64,000 bases of DNA from assembly GCF_009914755.1 (NCBI RefSeq), contig NC_060937.1. One strand, 5' to 3'. Of this stretch, positions 13,251-27,057 are shown one piece after another. Position numbers and translations under genes: made by a program. Positions within the stretch are counted from its first letter, which is position 1; each line of letters starts with the position of its first letter. Source of the stretch: the human T2T-CHM13v2.0 reference genome, Homo sapiens. The notes under the pieces are model-generated. The model was not told where the DNA came from, did not search any database, and worked only from the letters and a program-made list of their open reading frames with translations.

Positions 13251-14704
13251 GAAAGTACATTCTTTTACAAGTAAGCAAAAAATAAAAGTGAAAACATGAG
13301 TATCCAAAGAAGGATTTTAGAGGTATCAATTTTAGTTGTATTTATGTATTGTCTTCAATTTTCAAAGATGACACTATGAACAAGAGTGTGGGGTGTGTGT
13401 GCCTAGGTGTCATGAGGTCTGATGGAATTATTCTACTCCTTTTCATCTTGTCTGTCCTTGACAAAGTCTGCCATATCTTCCTATGTGTGGTTTAATTGAA
13501 CTTGACCCTAAGATTTGATTATTTCAATTCCCTGTGGCTCAATAATTGGGTCCCATGTGTGGTGTGGGGAAGTTGCACTGGGTATCCCACAGCTGCTGCT
13601 TATGTGGGTGGATTAAATTAGAACTTCCAAGTATATCGCCTGCTCCTGATTTGATCATGACCATAAAAATATATTTTCTGTTAAATTTTTCTATATAAAG
13701 CCAACTAGAGGAAAACAACCAATAATAGTAACTCTCTTCCTCTCTGTTTACATGTTCATCTTTAGCTAACACTATTACACTGTGACTAGGATTCATTATT
13801 ATATTCTGGGTATCTATTTCACCTATTTGTGGCATAAATACCAACTTACTGGCACAATGATAAACCCATTACATGTGACTAATACTCAATGTTTGACATT
13901 AATCTTGCTTCTAGCTTTTCATTAGGTCAATCAGGAAACCTTTATTGAGTTCACATTCTGTGCTCAGCAGTATAAGATTTAGGGGAAGCAGCTTTGAGAA
14001 GGATGCAAAATCATCCCTCACCATCAAAAGAAGAGATGCAGATACCAAATACCTGACGCATATTATTCATTCATTCATTAAGTACCTGTTCTGTATTTGG
14101 CTATAGGAATAGAAAAATAATGCTGCTTTCAAAATGTTTAAAGTTGGGTGGGTATCTAAGTGATTATGAACATCATATAATATTTGGCACTTTACATTAA
14201 CTTATTAAGTATCTTATAAGTTATACAGGGTAGATGTTATTACCCTTATTATCAAGCCACTCAAGAAGCTTAAGCAACTTGCATCAAGTCACACAGGGAA
14301 CTAGGATTGAGTTAGCATTAATTATGTGTGAGTCCTAACTCTATGATCTCTCCTCAAAACAGGAGAACTTAGCATAATGTGCTAAGTTATAATTAAAAAT
14401 ACCACCAACAATAATATTCAAAACAAAAAGATTTTCTCTTAACGTTGCCCATCCTTTCTTTACTATCTCTCACACACACTTTGTAGCTGAACTCCTTGAA
14501 AATATAGCTTGCATTGTCAAATTTACCTCACTTTTGTATTTCAACCACGCTAGTGTCCAGATCTTTGAAACCCCCAACATACAGCTACCTATAAACATGC
14601 TGGCCCCCGGGGCCAATAAAAAAAATAACTTTCTTACTTAAAAAGGGATCTCATAGTTGCCAGTGAAATATACTCTTTTAAATTCTTATTTGACTTAGCA
14701 GTAA

Positions 14705-14970
14705 GGAAGTAGTACAGCGTGCTAAAAAGATTATGTGTTTCGGTATTGGACTTCTCTGAGTTAAATCCCGGCGCAACATGGGTTCGTACCTGGCTCTGTG
14801 ACCTCTGCCAGTTACTTAGGTTCCCTGGGCCTTGGTTTCTTCATATATAAAGCAGGAATGATGATACCTATCATAATACCTCTGGATGTGTTGTAAGAAT
14901 TAATAATTTGTTCTTAACATGACAGCAAAATATACTTTTCGAGCACTCAATAAATATAACTGTTATTATT
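14705..14970 (+). mobile_element. MIR SINE
   Basis: CTCTGTGACC...GTTACTT...CCTTGGTTTCTTCATATATAAA...GCACTCAATAAAT. Confidence 0.7.
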
Positions 14971-14984
14971 TATCATCATCATGA

Positions 14985-15332
<348 letters not shown>

Positions 15333-16036
15333 CCCTCCTTCTTCTTTCAATTCCTTTCTCCCTACAGTTTATCCAGGCGAGTTTTTCCTGCACATATTTT
15401 CCCCTTTTTTGTTCATTTTCTTCTGCTGCTCATACTTTAAATTCCAGCATCCCCCAGTGTCCTGTTCTTGGCCCAGCTCTTTTCTTCTTCTATTTATCGT
15501 AGGACATGTCCACCCTTCTTGTGATTTCCACTGCCTCTAATATATTTCCTAAAGTTATATGTGAATCCTAGTGCTTTCTTCTGAGCCTAAGACCTATGTC
15601 CCCAAATATCTACTAGGGATCTCCAAGTTGCTTAAGCAACTAGAACTCAGCTGGCCCAATGTTGGATTAGGAATAACTCCTCCCCTTCCTCCTTTTACTG
15701 ATAATAAATAAAACTTTCTTTCCTGTATTCCTTATCATCAGGAAAAGATTCCATCACCCTATCCAGTTACTGAGAACAGCAATCTGGGTATCATCCTAAA
15801 TTACCCTTCTTGCCAGCCCCCAATCCAATTAAAAATCAAGCACTATTGATTATATCTCCTCAACATCTCTTGTCTTCTATGCATATTGGAACTGCCCTGT
15901 CTTAGACTCACCTCATCATTCCCATCCCCTAACCTCTCAACTGGTTTTCCTGCCTTCAGGGAAACAATTTCTCCCACAATTCACCCTACTCATTCATGCC
16001 AGAATAGCCTTTCCAAAATGTGTGTGGTAAACTTTT

Positions 16037-16424
16037 GTGTATGTGTGTGTGTGTATACAAATATATATATATACACACAATAATTACATACCTACAGTAT
16101 ATTTTATATATATTTGTATGTTGCATATATACTTCTTACATATACACACAATGTAAAATGTATTTTTATATACATTATATAAATATATATATACATACAC
16201 AAGTTTTTTACAAATAAAAGTGTATCATTGACATTTTGGAGAGGTTATTTTATATATATGATACTAGTATCATATATATGATATGTTGTAGTATCTCATA
16301 TATATGTGTTCCTCACTTTGTTGTAATATCATATACACATAAAATAACCTTATATATCATATATGTAACAACCTCATATGTCATATATATATATGATACT
16401 ACAACAAAGTGAGGAACACATATA
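16037..16424. repeat. (TG)n/(TA)n low-complexity tract containing inverted repeats
   Basis: Seen directly; 35-bp arms at 16301-16335 and 16390-16424. Confidence 0.85.
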
Positions 16425-16490
16425 GGCAAAATGGGGACATAAAAATAAGCCACATAAGTTCAAATGGAATTAGCCAACGTAATGCTTAAC

Positions 16491-17102
16491 TGTGGTAGAT
16501 CCCCAAGATTCATGATTTCCTGCCTCCCACCCTATTGTGCTGTGTTGATGTCCTTCATAATCCCTGGGACTGTGAATTTGGTGGATTTTGCTCCTATGAT
16601 TAGGTTGTTGTATGGCACGGTTAACTTTAAGAAAGAGAGATTATCCAGGTGGATCTGACCTAATCAGAGGAGTCCTTAAGAAAGCAGACAATTTTATTCT
16701 GGCCAGTTGTAGAAGAGGAAGTCAGAAATTTTCAGTTTAAGAAGGATTTTGTGTGTCTACTTTCTTGAAGATAAGAGGAACTCATGAAGGAATAGGTGCA
16801 GCCTCTAGAACCTAAAGGTGGCTGCAAACTGAAAGCCAGGAAAGATGCTAGGACCTCAGTCCTACAATTGCAAGAAACTGAATTCTACCCAAAAAGAATG
16901 AGCTTGGAAGAGGATTTTTCCACAGAGCTCTATGAAGGTGATGTAGTCCCACCAACACCTTGATTTTGGCCTTGTGAGACTAAGCAAAGAACCTACGAAG
17001 GCCATTCTAGACTTCTGAGCTACAAAAATATAAGCTGAAGAACAGATGCTTTCAAGCTCATAAGTTTCTGGTAATTTGTTATGTAGCAATAGAAAACTAA
17101 TA
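16491..17102 (+). mobile_element. MLT1E/F-group MaLR LTR
   Basis: TGTGGTAG start; AAGAAACTGAATTCTACC; end GTAATTTGTTATGTAGCAATAGAAAACTAATA. Confidence 0.85.
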
Positions 17103-18482
17103 TATCAACTCATAGTTGACACTAGTTTATGTCAATCAATTACTGAGTATTGAAAGAATGGAGGGATGGATGGGGGGGTGGATAGAGATTGATATGTGGA
17201 TGAGTGACAGAATGAATGTTTTATGAGGCTCAATGCCATGTTCTGAGAGCCTAATCTAGTGTAGGGCATACATTTGGCCCTTGACAAAGATCGTTTGATT
17301 TAAACATATGATAGAAATAGAGAAGAGTATGATACTCTGTGCTTTGAGTGCTAACAAATAATTCATTCCGTAAACCAAGTGGGGATGTAGGGTGGAAAGA
17401 AACGGAGAGTAATAGGAGATCGAAAAATAGGCAGAGGCTGAACACAAAAGCTCTCCTACCTGATCTTAAGGAGTATTAGTCTTTTATTTATGAGTGCAAA
17501 AATTCTCTATCGTAATTCTTTTAACATTTACTTTCAATATCTACCCCAGTATGCTTTACTTCTTATTGTTTTTATTATTGTTAACTTAGTAGGTTTTAAA
17601 AATTATTATATATGAGACCCTCTTGTTTACTTTTATAATTTAACATTTCCTTTCTCACTACAAAGCAATAGATTCAATAATTACCTCTAGCTTTTTATAG
17701 TCTTGTGTATATTCCTGTCTCTCTGACACAATTATGACTAGTGGTTGGTTTATGAATTAGAAAAGTTGATTAAAGAAGGAAATCATAAAAATGATGCATG
17801 AAGTACTACAGATACTTCAATTTATCCCTCTTGGGCATAGGGCCAATTCCTGTCCTTGAGAGTAGGTTCACTGAGTGTGTCTCCAGTCTTGCCCCAACCA
17901 CCCCAATAAGGCACATGTACGGTTCCTTGTTATGGTTCTTTAAAGTAGCTGTAGAATTCAAAGACAATCTGAATATAGACTCCTGCTAGAGTTTTATGAT
18001 GGTTTCTCCCATCTGTACATTTGTCTCACCTACCCCTAATTTGAATAGTTGTTAACAAAAGATGCTATTTACTTTTCATGGAAACAATTTTCTATCTTTT
18101 CTCAATTCCTTTGTATTGATTTGTGTAGTATTTAAGCAACAGTTCATTTATATGCTATCATTAACAAGGACAATCACATTAACAGATTTGGGAATAAACC
18201 ACCTGATTCTTGGAAAGCTTGTCCCATAATTGGTGGGTGCAGCAAGGCACAAGCAAAGAGGAGCTCATTTTCCAGATTGAGCATTCAGAATGCTGTGGCT
18301 ATCTGCCCCGGCATTTTTCAGATGGAGGGGGGTGTGGATTAATCCACTAAGATGGCTGAGTGAAGACCAGTAAAGGTATTTTATATTACAACCTCTGCAA
18401 TTTTGGTTAGGTCACTTAATCTCATGCCTCAGTTTCCTCATTTGTAAAATAAAAAGTATATTAGCACATATGTTTGTTTATT

Positions 18483-18580
18483 GGCTAGTCAAGTGGAACA
18501 GTGGTATTGGAAAAAGAACAAAGAAATTTGTAACTGTTTGTGATCAATTAGTTGTAAAAACCACTGCACTATGACCAGCC
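18483..18580 (-). pseudogene. RNY3P: Y3 RNA (hY3) retropseudogene, near full length, inserted in a MIR
   Basis: Reverse complement GGCTGGTCATAGTGCAGTGGTTTTTACAACTAATTGATCACAAACAGTTACAAATTTCTTTGTTC...CACTTGACTAGCC matches recalled hY3 with about 11 mismatches in 98 nt; A-rich tail follows on the minus strand. Confidence 0.93.
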
Positions 18581-18862
18581 AGCTCCCACTTTAATGGGTG
18601 TTTGTGATTGTTAAACAAGCAGTACATGAGAAATGTTTAAAAACATGTATGGCACATAATAAGCATTCAAAAATTAAAGGAAATAAAAGTAAAATAAAAT
18701 TTAAGATAAATGCTATTATTTATAAACACTTGAAATTATTTTCTGTTACAAGGTAGTACCAATATTATTGTCACCACTGTTGTCATAATTATGTGAGAAT
18801 AACTAGCATATTGACTGCTTACTATATGCCAGGCATGATGGGAAACACTTTGTGTGCATTAA

Positions 18863-19142
18863 CAGTCATCCCTCAGTATCACCAGGGGATTGGACACACC
18901 CCACCCCATACCAAAATCCTTGAATATTCAAGTCCCACAGTCAGCCCAGCAGAATCTGAGTATGTGGAAAGTTGGTTCTCTGTCTTCCTGTACTTCTGCA
19001 TCTGGCAAATACTGTAATTTTGATCTGCATTTAGTGCAGATGCAGAATCTCTGGAGATGGCAGGCCGATTGTATTTACTGAAAAATGCCCACATGTAAAT
19101 GGACCAGAGAAGTTCAAACTCCCTGTTATTGAAGGTCAACTG
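18863..19142. mobile_element. MER2B/MER8-type Tigger (TcMar) MITE inserted in a MIR
   Basis: CAGTCATCCCTC...GAAGGTCAACTG termini followed by TA; MIR sequence on both flanks. Confidence 0.85.
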
Positions 19143-20824
19143 TATTTCATTTTGCGATTTGCCCAAGGTCACACAGCTATTAAGTGGCAGAGCCAAAAGA
19201 GAAAGCCAACCATTTTGATTCCAGAATTTCTGCTTTTTGTCTGTTTATGCTATTCCTTTTCCAAAAAGAATTTCAAATTTGACTCACAAGAATATATTGA
19301 ACATAGTAACATACCATAAATTAAAAACAACCACTACCAATAAAAACTTAGCTCCTTTTAATACCTTCATACATATATGTATATGAAGTTTTCTGCTTAA
19401 TGACAATTCCCAAATCTAGTCACCACTAAAGTAAATTTCTATTTTATAATTAGAAGGCATAGTGTTTTCCCTTACATAAAAATGTCTGAAATCCATAGTT
19501 GTTACATTTCTTATCAGGAGGCCAAATTCACTACTCAGTCTCATATGCCATCAACTGTAATAAAGGCAAAAGTTGTCACAAATACACGTAGCCATTAAGA
19601 ATGGAGTATAAACCAAAATCAAAAATCTAGTTCATCATTATGTTTATTCTTCCTACCATGGAGGCTAATGAGAGGAAGCCCTTTAGTTTTGACTCTTGTC
19701 TAATCTATCCAACCCTTTATCCAGTGATGACTTTATGTTTTTTGCCATAGATACTACCAGCCTGGGCACCACATCAGTATGGAAATTAAACTGGCAATCC
19801 AGAACACATTGATTTATGAGGTTGCATTTCTCCCTTACATTTTATAATATTTTTGAGCAATCATAAATTAAACATAAAATCAATTTCAATTAAAAGTTAA
19901 GGGGCCGTAGACCCTCAGGTGGATGCTTAATGGTTAGTTTTATGAAATATAAAAAATACTAAGCTTTATACAGGTGTTATTATTATTTAATATTTCTTAC
20001 ACACTAACAACATGCCATCAATTTATATTTACTCAAAACCCAATTACCTAATTTTTGAATTATGTAGCCTGCCCAGTTCTGCAATTAAACATTTGGCCAT
20101 TTATTTCATTCTAATTGTTGGCTCTTCAAGATAAAAAATGTTAGGAGAAGAAAAATTACATTGTTGTATTTTAGAAGCTCTATTAAAACTTAGAAACAGC
20201 CTCCTCATTGGGAAATTATTCATTTTCAATTATTCAGACTTTAAAAGTCCTACATTTGGAGAACATTGCATGGTAAGAGAATGTTTATAAGACAACACTG
20301 TGAGAAAGATGATGTGAAACATGTCCATAATTATTTACTTGCATTATATATCTACTAATTTATTCAATACAAATTTATTGTATTTATAATACATGCATTG
20401 CATTAGGAATAAAACAGAGAAAAGAAAAACAACAGTTATGGGCATGCCTTCATGACACCTGCATTCTAAAGAGAGAAAAGTAGGCATAAACAATGAATTA
20501 GTTCACTAAAACTAAACAGGAATACTTTCTAGTGCTTATTGTACAGTAGCTACCATTCTAACTGTTCTCTGTGTATTAGTTCATGTCATCTTCCCAGCAA
20601 CCTTATAAGAATCATACAGTAATTATCTGCATTTTATAGAAGTGGAAATTGAGGCTCAAGGGTGTTAAATAACTTGTCCACATCTAACAGCTGGGATGTG
20701 ATGATACTGGGGCTTGGACCTAGCAGTCTGGCATCGAGGGGTAGACGCTATATCATTTGGTTATTCTGCCTTTCCAATGTGGTGAATTATTATAAAGGGG
20801 ATGAACTTGGCAGGGCACAGGTAG

Positions 20825-21407
20825 TGTCAGAGCTGTGTGAACCAAAGCAACTCCATCTTAAATAGGAGCTGGGTAAAACAAGGCTGAAACCTACTGGGCT
20901 GCATTCCCAGATGGTAAAGACATTCTAAGTCGCAGGATGAGATAGGAGATCAACAAAAAATACAGGTCTTAAAGACCTTGCTGATAAAATAGGCTGCAGT
21001 AAAGGAGCTGGCCAAAACCCACCAAAACCCACCAAAACCAAGATGGCCACAAGAGTGACCTCTGGTCATCCTCACTACTACGCTCCCATCAGTGCCATGA
21101 CAGTTTACAAATGCCATGGCAGCATCAGGAAGTTACCTATATGGTCTAAAAAGGGGAAGCATGAATAATCCACCCGTTGCTTTGCATGTCATCAAAACAT
21201 AACCATAAAAATGGGCAACCAGTAGCCCTCCAGGCTGCTCTGTCTATGGCATAGCCATTCTTTTATTCCTTTACTCTCTTAGTAGACTTGCTTTCACTTT
21301 GCACTGTGGACTCGCCCTGAACTCTTTGTTGTGCGAGATCCATGAATGCTCTTTTGGGATCTGGATGGAAACCCCTTTCCTGTAACACATTTCTCTGTCC
21401 TGTAACA
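20825..21407 (+). mobile_element. MER41A ERV1 LTR with duplicated 3' terminus
   Basis: TGTCAGAG...AACTCCATCTT...CCCCTTTCCTGTAACA matches recalled MER41A; 4-bp TSD GTAG at 20821-20824 and 21408-21411. Confidence 0.92.
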
Positions 21408-21722
21408 GTAGTGCCAGGGAGATCAAGTAAGATTTTCTCTAGAAAATTACAATTGGAATGATATATATAAAGCTAAATAGGAATTAACTAGAGATTGATG
21501 TAGACAGGTAGCAGATGCTGACATAGGTAGAAGGACTCAAATGTGCAAAGAGGCTAAGTGAGAAGAGTGAGGGGAATTAGAGCAACCAAGAGATATCCAG
21601 AGTGGCTGAAGTGCAGGCAATCAGGAGCATGGGTCGGTAGAGCTGGAAAAAACCCTAGGAAAGGCCTGCTGGGTTTGGCTACCTCTGATTTCATTCTCCA
21701 TATATTGAGACTCTCTTTACAT

Positions 21723-21886
21723 CAATGAATTTCAAACTTGGCTGCAATTAGAATCACCTGGGGAGCTTTTACAACACCTCAACCCAGGCCAATTATATCA
21801 AAATCTCTGGAGGAGGGACCCAGGCATCAGTAGGTTCTAAAGACCCCCACGTATTTCCAATGTGCAGCCAAGGTTGAGAACCAATG
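21723..21886. mobile_element. MER5A-type hAT-Charlie MITE
   Basis: TCAAACTTGGCTGCAATTAGAATCACCTGGGAGC...GTGCAGCCAAGGTTGAGAACCA terminal inverted repeats. Confidence 0.85.
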
Positions 21887-22467
21887 TGGCAGATGATCCT
21901 CAGACTATTGCCTAAATTAGCAGAAATCTCTAGAGCCAAACATGTGAACAATATTATTATGATGATCAAATGTGGTTTTAAATTTCGAGTACGTGTTATT
22001 TGGTGAAGTAAAGTGGAGGAGTATCTGACTCAGGCAAATATCAGTTGCATGAATCCTCAAACAAAAGGAAAAGTTTCCAGCTTAAGTGTGGGACAACTGG
22101 GTGGAGAGTACACATTCTCTGGTTGTGCTGACCTGAAATGTTCTAACTCCCTGGGCGAGAGAAGACAAGCCAAAGTCTTAGGATGAAGCATGCCTTTAAG
22201 ATAGGGACCTCCCTTCCCCACAGTGCTCCATCCACCCTCTGGGCTAAGGAGTAGAGGTAAGTGGGTGAGGATGGAAAAAAAGCAAGCTCTCGAGTTTAAC
22301 CTGAAAGTTTATGTTCCATGGGCATCACTGAAAAGAAAAGAACTAGGAGAGATGGTGACCTGTCAACGACCTGCCTTGAGGGAGAGTTTAATCCCGGTGG
22401 CTGAATCAGTCAGGAATCTTTGGGAAACAAATTAAGACATTCAGCAACTGAAAGAACGAAGATTATG

Positions 22468-22643
22468 GGCCAGGTGCAGTGGCTCATGCCTGTAATCCCA
22501 GCACTTTGGAAGGTTGAGGTGGGAGGATCACTTCAGCCTGGAAGACCAAGGCCGTAGTGAGTCATAATTGTGCCACTGCATGCCAACCTTGGTGACAAAA
22601 TGAGACTCTGTCTACAAAAAAAATAAAATAAAAATAAAAAAAA
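22468..22643 (+). mobile_element. Alu monomer (FRAM/FAM-like or internally recombined Alu)
   Basis: Single arm with A-tail; imperfect TSD AAGATTATG/AAGATTGTG. Confidence 0.85.
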
Positions 22644-23555
22644 AGATTGTGATGCCTCTTTCCAAAATAAATAAAATGTTTATTTTTTCAACATTACACA
22701 AAATTTAAGCATATGCTGACGGTATCTGACTACAAGAATCTGAATATTTATTAAGCTGAACTCTCTTTCTCTTCTCTTCCTCCTCCTTTCTCTTTTTCAA
22801 TGCCACTTGATAATTCAGTAGTGGAATAAAGGGCCTTAAGGTAAAGGTGGGATTAAATATGTTTTACAGGGATTTTGAAGAAGGAATAAAGAAATGCATA
22901 AATAGATATCAAACTATCAGTATGAAGGCTATTTCTGCAGACCAGGTGAGATAGGACCGTAGCTCGGAGTAGAGCCTAATGGCAGTACAGAAGGAAAAAA
23001 TGGAAAGAGAGTAAGATTTGGCCATAAGCAACAATGATAGCTAAAGCAAAAGGGATGATGACAGATAAGTGATAAGAGAGATAAACATAGAGATATCAAA
23101 AAAAATCTTGCCAGCTACCACTACTGTTTCTACTTTGCCTCCAAATTACATTTTCAAAATTTATTACCTTTTTATGTTTTAAAGTGAGTGACTAATAATG
23201 GAATAATCAAATAAATATGTAATATATATCTTATTAAGTATAGAAAATAGTCTGGAAAAAATACTCCCAAATGTTGAGAGTGATTAACTCTAGGTGGATG
23301 GTATCACTGGGGTGATTCTAAGAATAAAAATAGTGAATGCATGTGAGCATATGTGTGCCAGGAAAATCCTTGTACTTTTGCTCACATTATCTGTTTAATC
23401 CTCATTTTCCAGGGTATGGAAATGTTTCATGGAACTGGTACATAAAAAAGAATATTGAGTATTTAAAATATTTTTAAATATATTATTAAAATTAACATAA
23501 TATTGAGGTGAACTAAAATCACAACACAGTTTATTACAGAATAAAACATTGCAAA

Positions 23556-23902
23556 AATGACTATAATAGTTGCTAAACATTTATTATGTACCAAGAACTG
23601 TACTAGGTGTTTTACAAATATCAACTCATTTAAGTAAATTCTCACAATTCATTGAGGTGAATACTATAGTCATCTCTAATTTCCCATGGTGGTGGTGGGG
23701 AAGTATATCTTAGACAGATTAACTATGTGCGATAATGACTATAATAGTTACTAAACATTTATTGTGTACCAAGAACTGTACTAGGTGTTTTACAAGTATT
23801 AACTCATTAAATTCTCATAATTCATTGTGGTGAGTACTATAATCATCCCTACTCTGCCAGTGGTGGTGGTGGGGAAGTATATCTTAGACAGATTAAGCAT
23901 GT
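23556..23902. repeat. Tandem duplication of a ~178-bp MIR-derived unit
   Basis: Two adjacent diverged copies start AATGACTATAATAGTT at 23556 and 23734. Confidence 0.95.
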
Positions 23903-25483
23903 TTTACGTAGTCATATATTTGTGTGACTCTAAAGACTCTGAAATTCAGGAGAGAAATGCAGAATTCAGTGTTTTAAGAGCTAGAGCCTTACTCTCCATC
24001 ATGGAGATTTCCAAGAAGGCTGGCTGCCTTTTTTCAAACAGACGGACACATAGCATTACAATATTTCAAATAGTTAACATCTCATTTTTACAAAGGAGGT
24101 TGTAATCCTGTGTTATTCAAGTTATATGCTTAGGTCTAAATAACAATTTCCAAACATTTTACCAACTGCAATCAAAGAAAGAAAAAACAATAAGTTTATT
24201 TGATTGTGGAGATGCCTGGAAAATTTTCACTGAAAGCAAAATATAGCCATTTTAAGTTGATAGTTTTATTATCCACCCCTCAGTTCTACCATAGGCTTTC
24301 ATTTATAGTAATTGAATTCAAGGAGGAACTAAGTCTGAATATCAAATGGAGCAAGGACCACATGTTGAAAGGGAGGACTTTCAGGCTGCTTATCAAAGAA
24401 ATGTTCATATAAATATAACTAACCTTAACCACTCAGACATTAAAGTTAAGGCGCTCAAATACTCACCTGGGCTTTTGATATTTTTAGAGCCCAATATATG
24501 TAATCAGTGATAAATGATCAGGTCCTAATAGTTGTATCATGTAAATAAGCCCTCCTAAAAATATTTTCAATGCAGTTTATTCCAAAATCCTCCTCACCAA
24601 AGTGATTTGTTCATTGTTTCAGTTAGGAAAAACAAAATTTATATTCCCATAAGAAAGGAAAAATATATACTCTTATCTCTTGCTCTCGTATACCTAAAAT
24701 GTAATTTTGGGGTTTTTTTTTTGTTTTGAAACCAAGATGAGAATAAAGTTGCAATGGCCAATTTTTAAATTAACACAGTTATTTTAACTAACTCAACACC
24801 AAGCAAAGAAGCATTTTTGAAACTTTTAAGTACTTTCATTATTTTCTTGACTTAATTCTAGAGCCTAGAAAGAAGGAAAGGAATTATGTATTTTTGTTGT
24901 CTTTACTTTTTGAAATTAGACACATGCAAACACCTGAATAAGCTATGAAGTTCATATACCTCTTTCCCAACATGGGAAAATTGTGTCAAGCAGTGCTGAA
25001 GCAATAAATACTGCTCTAAGAAAGAAATAAGATGCCTATATAAAATTTCATTTAAAAAAGCAAATGATTTCATAAATGATTGTCAAGATTGGAAGTTGGA
25101 TTATGTGGCAGTTGGAAGTCAGACTTGTTCCTTAGAAAATTAGATACATTAAGATGTGACTACTTTAGAGTTAAGCAAGTGTACAGAAGAATTACTCTTA
25201 ACAGAATTTTTGAACAGATGGATTTTTGTTTGGAAATCTAATAAATTTTGAAACATATTGTAACATGTAACTCTGGAAAAAGAACTTCATCAAAAATCCA
25301 TGGACATTGCCTTGTTAGAACTTTACACTACTGACAGAACAAGGTAAAGAGTAAAATGTCCAAGCAACATTTTCTTTACCAATGTTGAGCTTTCATCTCT
25401 GGACAAGCATATAGTTCATTTCACAACTGTTCTTTGTATATAGGTTTTTATTTTGTCTCTAGGGCTATTTTGTTGTTTATTAA

Positions 25484-25821
<338 letters not shown>

Positions 25822-25871
25822 TCATTCTCATTTTTTAAATTAATTCCTTTTCATTTTACCTAGAAAGCCTG

Positions 25872-26222
25872 GTATCTTTGTCCAGGCTGCTTGGGCTGCT
25901 ATGAAGAAACACCACAAACTGGGTGGCTCACAAGCAACAGAACTTTATTTCTCACAGTTTTGTAAGCTGAGAAGTTCAAGATCAAAGTGCCTGTAGATTC
26001 TGTGTCTGATTCATAGATGGTGCCTTCTCCTCATGTCCTCACACGATAGAAGAAATGAGGGACCTTTCTTAGGCCTCTTTTATATGGGCACTGATCCATT
26101 CATGGAGGCTCCACCTCCTTAATCTAATCACTTCCAAAGGCCCCACTTCCTAATACCGTCATTTTGGGAGTGAGAATTTCAATATATGAATATTGTGTGA
26201 CCATGAACATTCAGACCATAAA
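25872..26222 (-). mobile_element. MLT1A/MST-group MaLR LTR
   Basis: GGGCTGCTATG...AACTGGGTGGC...TTTATTTCTCACAGTT; end AACATTCAGACCATA. Confidence 0.85.
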
Positions 26223-26466
26223 ATCTAGTAACAGGATTTGTTCTATCACCATTTAATTTACACAAACACCAACTGACCAACCAAAGGAAACAGGTCAGTT
26301 GAGTGTATAACAATTAACTGTTGGTCTGTGTCTGTAAATCTTGTGTTTGTAATGATTTGGTCCTGGACATTTGAAGATATGTGAAAAAGAAGCTAGAGAT
26401 TATCTAGTCCAATCTTTTCATTGAGTAAATTAGCAAAGTAAGGCCAAAAGAAGCTAAGTGACTTGC

Positions 26467-27057
26467 TGTGGTAGGCAGAATTTCAAGATTTTTTTTACCT
26501 CCCTGTTGTACACATCCTGCATAATCCCCAAGACCGTGAATATGATGGATTTTACTCTTATGATAAGGTTATCCATGGATCTTAAAATAGAGAGATTATT
26601 TGGGTGGGCATGACCTAATCTCATAAGCTCTCTAAAAGCAGAGTTTCCTCAGCTTGTTGCAGAAAAGAAAGTCAGAGATTTGAAGGACTATATGGTTTCA
26701 GTGAATTAATGCCAGCTTGGAGAGGGAGGGAGCCATGTGGCAAGGGATGTGAGAGGCCTCAAGTACCTGAGAGCAGCCCCTACCTGACAGCCAGTAAGGA
26801 AACATAAACTTTACTCTTACAGCTAAAAGAAAATGCATTCTGCCAACAACTAATGAGCTTGGAAGAGAACTCCAAACCCCAGAAGAGGCCTGTCACATTG
26901 GCTAACACCTTGATTTCCACCCACTGAGACCTTGAGCAGAGACTTCAGTTACACCCCACCCAGACTTCTGACCTGCAAAACTGTGAGCTAATACATGGAT
27001 GGTGTTTCAAGCTTCTGTTTGTAAAATATTGTTCCCCAGCAATAGAAAAGTAATACA
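26467..27057 (+). mobile_element. MLT1E/F-group MaLR LTR inserted in a MIR
   Basis: TGTGGTAGGCAGAATT...GCAATAGAAAAGTAATACA; same family as 16491-17102. Confidence 0.85.

Noticed and set aside
26270-26302. Inverted repeat CAACTGACC...GGTCAGTTG
   Set aside because: 9-bp stem with no supporting context
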